Below, one piece after another: positions 63,201 to 64,000 of a stretch of DNA of 64,000 bases. The notes under the pieces were generated by a model, which did no database searches, was not told the DNA's origin, and worked only from the letters and a program-made list of their open reading frames with translations. Both the position numbers and the translations under genes were made by a program. Each line of letters opens with the position of its first letter. Positions within the stretch are counted from its first letter, which is position 1. The DNA is from Eledone cirrhosa (Eukaryota): positions 141,856,001 through 141,920,000 of the forward strand of contig OZ024741.1 in NCBI GenBank assembly GCA_964016885.1. Reading direction: 5' to 3'.

Positions 63201-64000
63201 GCGCGCTGGTAAGGACGCGTTTAGCTTCCAGTAGCCGGGTCCTCGTCTATGAAGCCTATCTAAGTCAAGCACACAGATCACGAATTTGTGGTCCGTGTAG
63301 CTGACTATCTTGAATTGTGGACAGCCTATGCTAGACCTATCTATTTCCCTACAAAATACTCTATCTAGATATGATCTGGATGACCCTATGCGGTTTGTCC
63401 AAGTCCACATTGGCACATTCGGGAAATCCAATCGGTACCTGTCAGACAGTTCAAAACGCCTGAGCAGGTTGGTGAGGCTCTTGCACCCTCCACCCCTATC
63501 CGCTAATCCCACACAGTCCCAGCGTGCATCTAAGATCCCGTTCCAGTCGCCCACTAACACTAAAGAGCGGGACGTTCCAAGAAAGGTCTCCAGACGCCGG
63601 AAGAAATCAGGCCGCCCTGCTCCTGTCGGGGCATAGACGGCCACTAGCCTGAAAGCTTGCCCGTCTCCGCTGGTCACGTCCAGCACCACCAGCTTACCCT
63701 CTGGGTCCAGGAAGATGGCCCGTATGGCGAGATCCAAACCTCTCCGAAAAAGCACAGCAACTCCTCCACCCGATCCAGGACGGCTGGGAGATGCGTACAC
63801 ATCGTAGCCGCCGAAGATCGGTGTGAAGGCCCGTGCTTCGGAGATTCTGGTCTCGCTGATGGCCACTACATCTATGTTTAGTGACCTGAGGTCGTTGAGC
63901 AGGTGACCCTGCTTCCATGACGACCCCAAGCCACGCGCATTTATGCTGCCTATTCTGAGTGAGGTCATGTTTAAAATAGAGTGGAAAAGATGTGAAAGAC
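60300..64000 (-). mobile_element. Tx1 family A copy (ORF2 60550-63968, 1-bp deletion near 61722), continuing beyond the window
   Basis: Near-identical to 40615-44328; ttaaccggt to ttaccggt splits ORF2. Confidence 0.96.

Noticed and set aside
41204-63918. Numerous antisense and overlapping ORFs within the LINEs
   Set aside because: They are shadow frames of GC-rich coding sequence, repeated only because the copies are near-identical.

Overview
AT-rich, microsatellite-dense animal DNA. The tRNA-derived SINE types and repeat landscape suggest an octopus or other cephalopod genome (inference). No host gene is recognisable; the window is almost all mobile DNA. (1) 38.5-64 kb is a continuous array of seven non-LTR retrotransposons, each separated by (AAT)n. 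Tx1/L1-clade (APE) elements are always on the minus strand and R4/Dong-clade (RLE) elements always on the plus strand. The array includes one full-length Tx1 with intact ORF1 and ORF2, one intact-ORF Dong-like element and an ORF1-only 'half-LINE'. Both Tx1 families put a GTAAGT donor on the ORF1 stop, 53 nt from an in-phase AG in ORF2. (2) 3-34 kb holds many (TA)n-embedded fold-back inserts carrying type I hammerhead ribozyme motifs. These include a ~420-bp non-coding repeat with one hammerhead per unit (retrozyme-like), hammerheads with 50-100 nt stem II inserts, and a Neptune-like Penelope GIY-YIG fragment. (3) The rest is SINEs whose tail resembles the Tx1 3' end, RTE and CRE fragments, a non-autonomous hAT, a Helitron, a MITE and minisatellites. 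All alignments and folds were done by eye.
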